Assembly: GCA_965233585.1 (NCBI GenBank)
Contig: CBDDTI010000281.1
Coordinates: 1 to 10,679 of the forward strand
Direction: 5' to 3'
Source: a bacterium
GTDB taxonomy: Bacteria; SAR324; NAC60-12
Length of the DNA stretch: 10,679 nucleotides
Shown: one piece after another, positions 9,330-10,679 of the stretch
Layout: each line of letters opens with the position of its first letter
Position numbering within the stretch: position 1 is the first letter of the stretch
Notes under the pieces: model-generated
Database searches by the model: none
The model's input: only the letters and a program-made list of their open reading frames with translations
What the model was told of the DNA's origin: nothing
Program-made: the position numbers and the translations under genes

Positions 9330-9419
9330 GGAAAGGTACAATATTTCGAAAATTATAGATCTTTAAGTGCTTTTATAGTCTGTTAAAGATCTATCATTTT
9401 CGAAATATTGTACATTTCC
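9330..9419. repeat. Near-perfect inverted repeat/hairpin (37-bp arms, 16-nt spacer)
   Basis: GGAAAGGTACAATATTTCGAAAATTATAGATCTTTAA (9330-9366) versus TTAAAGATCTATCATTTTCGAAATATTGTACATTTCC (9383-9419): 35/37 complementary. Confidence 0.95.
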
Positions 9420-9592
9420 CTCTCTCTTCCGCAGAGGCCTCTTTCATGCTGCTGTGCTGCTTTGTCCGTAAAGGTGGTCGTGGGCCTGGGGAGAGGGAAA
9501 ATGGCAGCGCGCTGGGAATGCCGGGAATGCGTTCCCAGCGCGTCCATCATTATTCAAAATTTTCCCATAGGGAGCCTCTGCGGAGGAGAGAG
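9420..9592. mobile_element. 173-bp MITE with 19-bp TIRs and a 9-bp TSD
   Basis: TIRs CTCTCTCTTCCGCAGAGGC (9420-9438) and GCCTCTGCGGAGGAGAGAG (9574-9592), 18/19. Exact TSD TACATTTCC at 9411-9419 and 9593-9601. Internal stem CGCGCTGGGAA/TTCCCAGCGCG (9508-9518/9532-9542). Confidence 0.9.
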
Positions 9593-9707
9593 TACATTTC
9601 CTCAAACGCATGCTACAAGTTGTAGATAATGCCGTGTTTTGGCAAAACGTATCGTTATATTCGAAAACGATCCACTCAGTCCGAGTTTTTAGACGTTTTC
9701 TATTGTG

Positions 9708-9734
9708 GTCACGTGACACCAAATATGGGCGGGG
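9708..9734. promoter_or_regulatory. Possible promoter-type motif pair: extended E-box and GC box
   Basis: Palindrome GTCACGTGAC (9708-9717, USF/MiT-type E-box) and GGGCGGGG (9727-9734) in a CpG-retaining stretch. No linked gene identified. Confidence 0.3.
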
Positions 9735-10193
9735 TTCGAAACATTTAAAGGAAACGTGAATCAAACAAACACGGTAAACTTTGATGCTCACTGGACTTCA
9801 GGAGCCAAAAAAAAGAGGTTTTGAGATTTCCTTAGCAACAGACTTAGTTAAGTTTCTCCCCCCTTAATACCTGGAAGTGGAACACACTCGCACTTCAATT
9901 CACCAATGACATCAACAATTCACTATTGGTTTTAGATGACTGAAACAGTTATTTTTCCTTCCCTTACTTCCTTTCACGTAACGATGTAGGAAGATAAGCA
10001 CTGATCGTAGACCGACGTAGCAGTTTAATATCGTCCTCTTTGGGAGACGTACAATGAGCGACTTGTGCTCGCCTGGACTTTGCGCTCATTCTATTGATTG
10101 AGCCACAGGTAAACCACCCTTTCTTTGAGTGGCGTGTTAATTCACCTCTCTTTGAGCAGAGGAGTGAAAAGAGGGTTGCAAATGGTTTATGCA

Positions 10194-10311
10194 CAAGGGC
10201 GTAGCCAGGATTTTTCAAAGGATGGCTCACACACTGTGTAAAAGTGAGGGTACTTACCAGATTGTCATGTCGTTTTCGTCAAGTGTTGTAGGTTATTTGC
10301 TTTAAAAAAGG
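10194..10311 (+). mobile_element. Truncated hAT-like MITE fragment (one end only)
   Basis: Begins CAAGGGCGTAGCCAGGATTTTT, resembling the CAGGGGCGTAGCCAGG end of hAT-type MITEs (recalled, not verified). No matching CCTGGCTACGCCC end in the window. Confidence 0.5.
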
Positions 10312-10442
10312 CATTTGATTGCGTAATCTAAGTTATTGTCCTTCAAGTCCCAAATGTGTTTGCTCAGTTCAATTGCGTTACGCTTTGATTCTATATTGAA
10401 CGAGGCCTTGTGGTTAGCGTATCTTGATTTGAAGCTTGTTGT

Positions 10443-10679
<237 letters not shown>

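Noticed and set aside
9036..9791. ORFs 9036-9251, 9055-9297, 9122-9322, 9408-9629 and 9444-9791
   Set aside because: They cross MITE boundaries, several lack an ATG start, and none shows a protein motif.

Overview
Eukaryotic, AT-rich genomic DNA. It is most likely from a cnidarian (stony coral), an inference from the repeat families and gene style. Left: a BTB-BACK-Kelch (KLHL-type) gene with an uninterrupted CDS (234-1913, +) whose BTB domain appears to lack about 30-35 aa in frame. Centre: a 5,155-bp DNA transposon (2923-8077) with TAG...CTA termini, a 3-bp ATA target-site duplication and ~815-bp terminal inverted repeats. It encodes a minus-strand protein with a FEN1/XPG-like nuclease domain and a CXC zinc cluster, matching an Academ (AcademX-type) element. 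This copy is disabled by one in-frame TGA and apparently by two deletions that remove the transposase core but restore the frame. Right: a cluster of short non-autonomous repeats (two copies of one MITE family, a 173-bp MITE with a 9-bp TSD nested in the end of a 37-39-bp-stem hairpin, and a truncated hAT-like MITE), a (TA)14 microsatellite, and a minimal type I hammerhead ribozyme motif (10531-10567, -) of the kind found at Penelope-like retroelement ends. All alignments and counts were done by eye.
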